DNA from: an uncultured Erysipelotrichaceae bacterium
GTDB lineage: Bacteria; Bacillota_I; Bacilli_A; Erysipelotrichales; Erysipelotrichaceae
DNA length: 32,000 bases
Direction of reading: 5' to 3'
NCBI GenBank assembly: GCA_942493105.1
Contig: OW818668.1
Coordinates: forward strand, 1,320,001 to 1,352,000
The position numbers were made by a program, and so were the translations under genes. The stretch's first letter is position 1, and every line of letters starts with the position of its first letter. A model generated the notes under the pieces. It did not search any database. It had not been told where the DNA came from and saw only the letters and a program-made list of their open reading frames with translations. Below are positions 30,962 to 32,000 of the stretch, in pieces.

Positions 30962-30973
30962 ATAGATATCTAT
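30962..30973. promoter_or_regulatory. Perfect 12-bp palindrome ATAGATATCTAT at the predicted transcription start (candidate ArsR operator)
   Basis: The palindrome is read directly from the sequence and starts 5 nt after the -10. It is flanked by two copies of ATCGATAAGA (30919-30928 and 30976-30985). Confidence 0.4.
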
Positions 30974-31019
30974 ACATCGATAAGAAGTAACTATGATGTA
31001 GATTGATCTTGGAGGAACT

Positions 31020-31280
31020 ATGATCATCAAAATACTTGGGATTGGTTGTTCAAATTGTATAAGACTAGAAGAAAATACAAGGACAGCACTAAAAAATCTT
31101 GGCTTAAATGCTGAGATCATAAAAGTAAAAGATATGGTGGATATCGCAGCCTATGGCATCATGAGGACACCTGGTTTGGTGATTGATGAAAAGGTCGTGT
31201 CTTATGGAAAGGTACTTAATGTCCAAGAAGTCATGGCCATTTTGAATCAACCTGGCCAAATCAAATTTAACGTTAAGTGA
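31020..31280 (+). CDS. Small thioredoxin-fold protein (redox-active disulfide protein 2 / TM0996-MTH895 glutaredoxin-like family)
   Basis: MIIKILGIGCSNC carries the GxGCxxC motif. MRTPGLVIDEKVVSYGKV is the cis-Pro region. 86 aa; SD GGAGG at 31011-31015. Confidence 0.8.
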   Translation: MIIKILGIGCSNCIRLEENTRTALKNLGLNAEIIKVKDMVDIAAYGIMRTPGLVIDEKVVSYGKVLNVQEVMAILNQPGQIKFNVK

Positions 31281-31284
31281 AATT

Positions 31285-31293
31285 TGTTATAAT
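31285..31293 (+). promoter_or_regulatory. Extended -10 (TGtTATAAT) positioned for a leaderless transcript of the VanY-like gene
   Basis: TG at 31285-31286 and TATAAT at 31288-31293. Exactly 6 nt (TGAATC) then precede ATG 31300, with no SD. An in-frame TGA at 31294-31296 excludes an upstream start. Confidence 0.5.
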
Positions 31294-31299
31294 TGAATC

Positions 31300-32000
31300 A
31301 TGAAAGAAAATAAGCTAATATCGACCCTAGTTGTTGCATCGCTTATTTTTCTTATGGGGATCATGACATTAAATGCCTTTATTCCAAAACACAGCACTTT
31401 CAGTTCACTGAGTTTTGTCAGTGAAAAATTAATTGCTCAGGGATATACACATAAAGAAACACAAGGCATTCAAGATCAATTACCTGTAGATGTTCAAATC
31501 AGATTATCTACACAACCCTATCAAAAATATGCAGTCGAGAGAGCGCTGTATCCTTTCTTTGAAATCTTAAATGATAAAGGATATACCAAAAGAGAAATCA
31601 ATGTTCTCAGTTTATTGGACACTTCAGTGCTGTTTCAAGTGATAGAACATGAAACAATAGAAGATCCCATCTCTTGGTTTGAAACAGATTATTTCTTACC
31701 CAATAGGCTGATCAGATATTTAAATTACCAAGACCAAAAACCTTCTTATTCTTATCGCCAAGTCGTTGAACTTGTAAATACGGATCGAGATCATCAAGCA
31801 TATATTGACATTAGCCCAGCAAACTTTGATGCAACGATCTTGCTGGTCAATAAATATCACTATGTTCCCAAAGATTACGTTCCTGTTAATTTGATCAAAG
31901 CTCAAGGTTGTGGTAGACCAACATTACAGGTTGAGGCTGCTCAAGCTTATGATTTGATGTGTCAAGCGATTACCGAAGATCATCTGCCTTTAAGTACATC
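31300..32000 (+). CDS. D-alanyl-D-alanine carboxypeptidase, VanY / peptidase M15B family, 3'-truncated by window edge
   Basis: Absent from the ORF track because it has no stop in the window. My hand translation found no stop from ATG 31300 to 32000. It has an N-terminal signal/anchor (MKENKLISTLVVASLIFLMGI) and then ILLVNKYHYVPKDYVPVNLIKAQGCGRPTLQVEAAQAYDLMCQAI, typical of the region preceding the M15 catalytic motifs. Confidence 0.75.
   Translation, partial: MKENKLISTLVVASLIFLMGIMTLNAFIPKHSTFSSLSFVSEKLIAQGYTHKETQGIQDQLPVDVQIRLSTQPYQKYAVERALYPFFEILNDKGYTKREINVLSLLDTSVLFQVIEHETIEDPISWFETDYFLPNRLIRYLNYQDQKPSYSYRQVVELVNTDRDHQAYIDISPANFDATILLVNKYHYVPKDYVPVNLIKAQGCGRPTLQVEAAQAYDLMCQAITEDHLPLST

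Overview
This looks like a low-GC Bacillota-type chromosomal segment using the standard genetic code, with about 30 genes, most on the + strand.

- **1-14.9 kb (housekeeping):** the 3' end of an Opu-type osmoprotectant-binding protein gene, a minus-strand tRNA-Gln(CUG), gltX and a PatB/MalY-type C-S lyase. A small coiled-coil/PAS protein follows. Then comes a tightly packed pcrA-ligA-camS/yerH-gatC-gatA-gatB-(unknown membrane protein)-rlmCD block. Its order resembles the Bacillus subtilis pcrA...gatCAB...yefA neighbourhood.
- **14.9-22.9 kb (accessory-looking):** this part appears more AT-rich by eye; I did not compute composition. It holds three unrecognisable genes (two membrane proteins and one helical soluble protein), an HSL-type esterase and a 161-aa unknown protein. 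It also holds a cadC-cadA metal-efflux module with a clear promoter and operator, a NodB deacetylase, and an overlapping DUF1801/DUF1232 pair.
- **23-32 kb:** serC-serA and a ZIP metal transporter, an orphan DUF5131 (Gp37/Gp68) three-Cys protein and a second DUF1801 gene. Next is a membrane-anchored alpha/beta hydrolase overlapping an LtaS-family gene. The window ends with an unusually long ArsR-family regulator, a small thioredoxin-like CxxC gene, and the 5' part of a VanY/M15-type carboxypeptidase that the ORF track misses.

I saw no rRNA, CRISPR array, transposase, integrase or phage structural genes, and I cannot identify a clearly new system with confidence.

**Best candidates for a second look:**
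- the uncharacterised gene trio at 15.07-16.65 kb and its long flanking non-coding gaps
- the ArsR-fusion plus thioredoxin-like locus with its palindrome and direct repeats
- the recurring promoter pattern: -10 boxes placed so that transcription would start on the start codon (leaderless geometry), and overlapping divergent -10 boxes

All family assignments are by-eye motif recognition. No searches were run.
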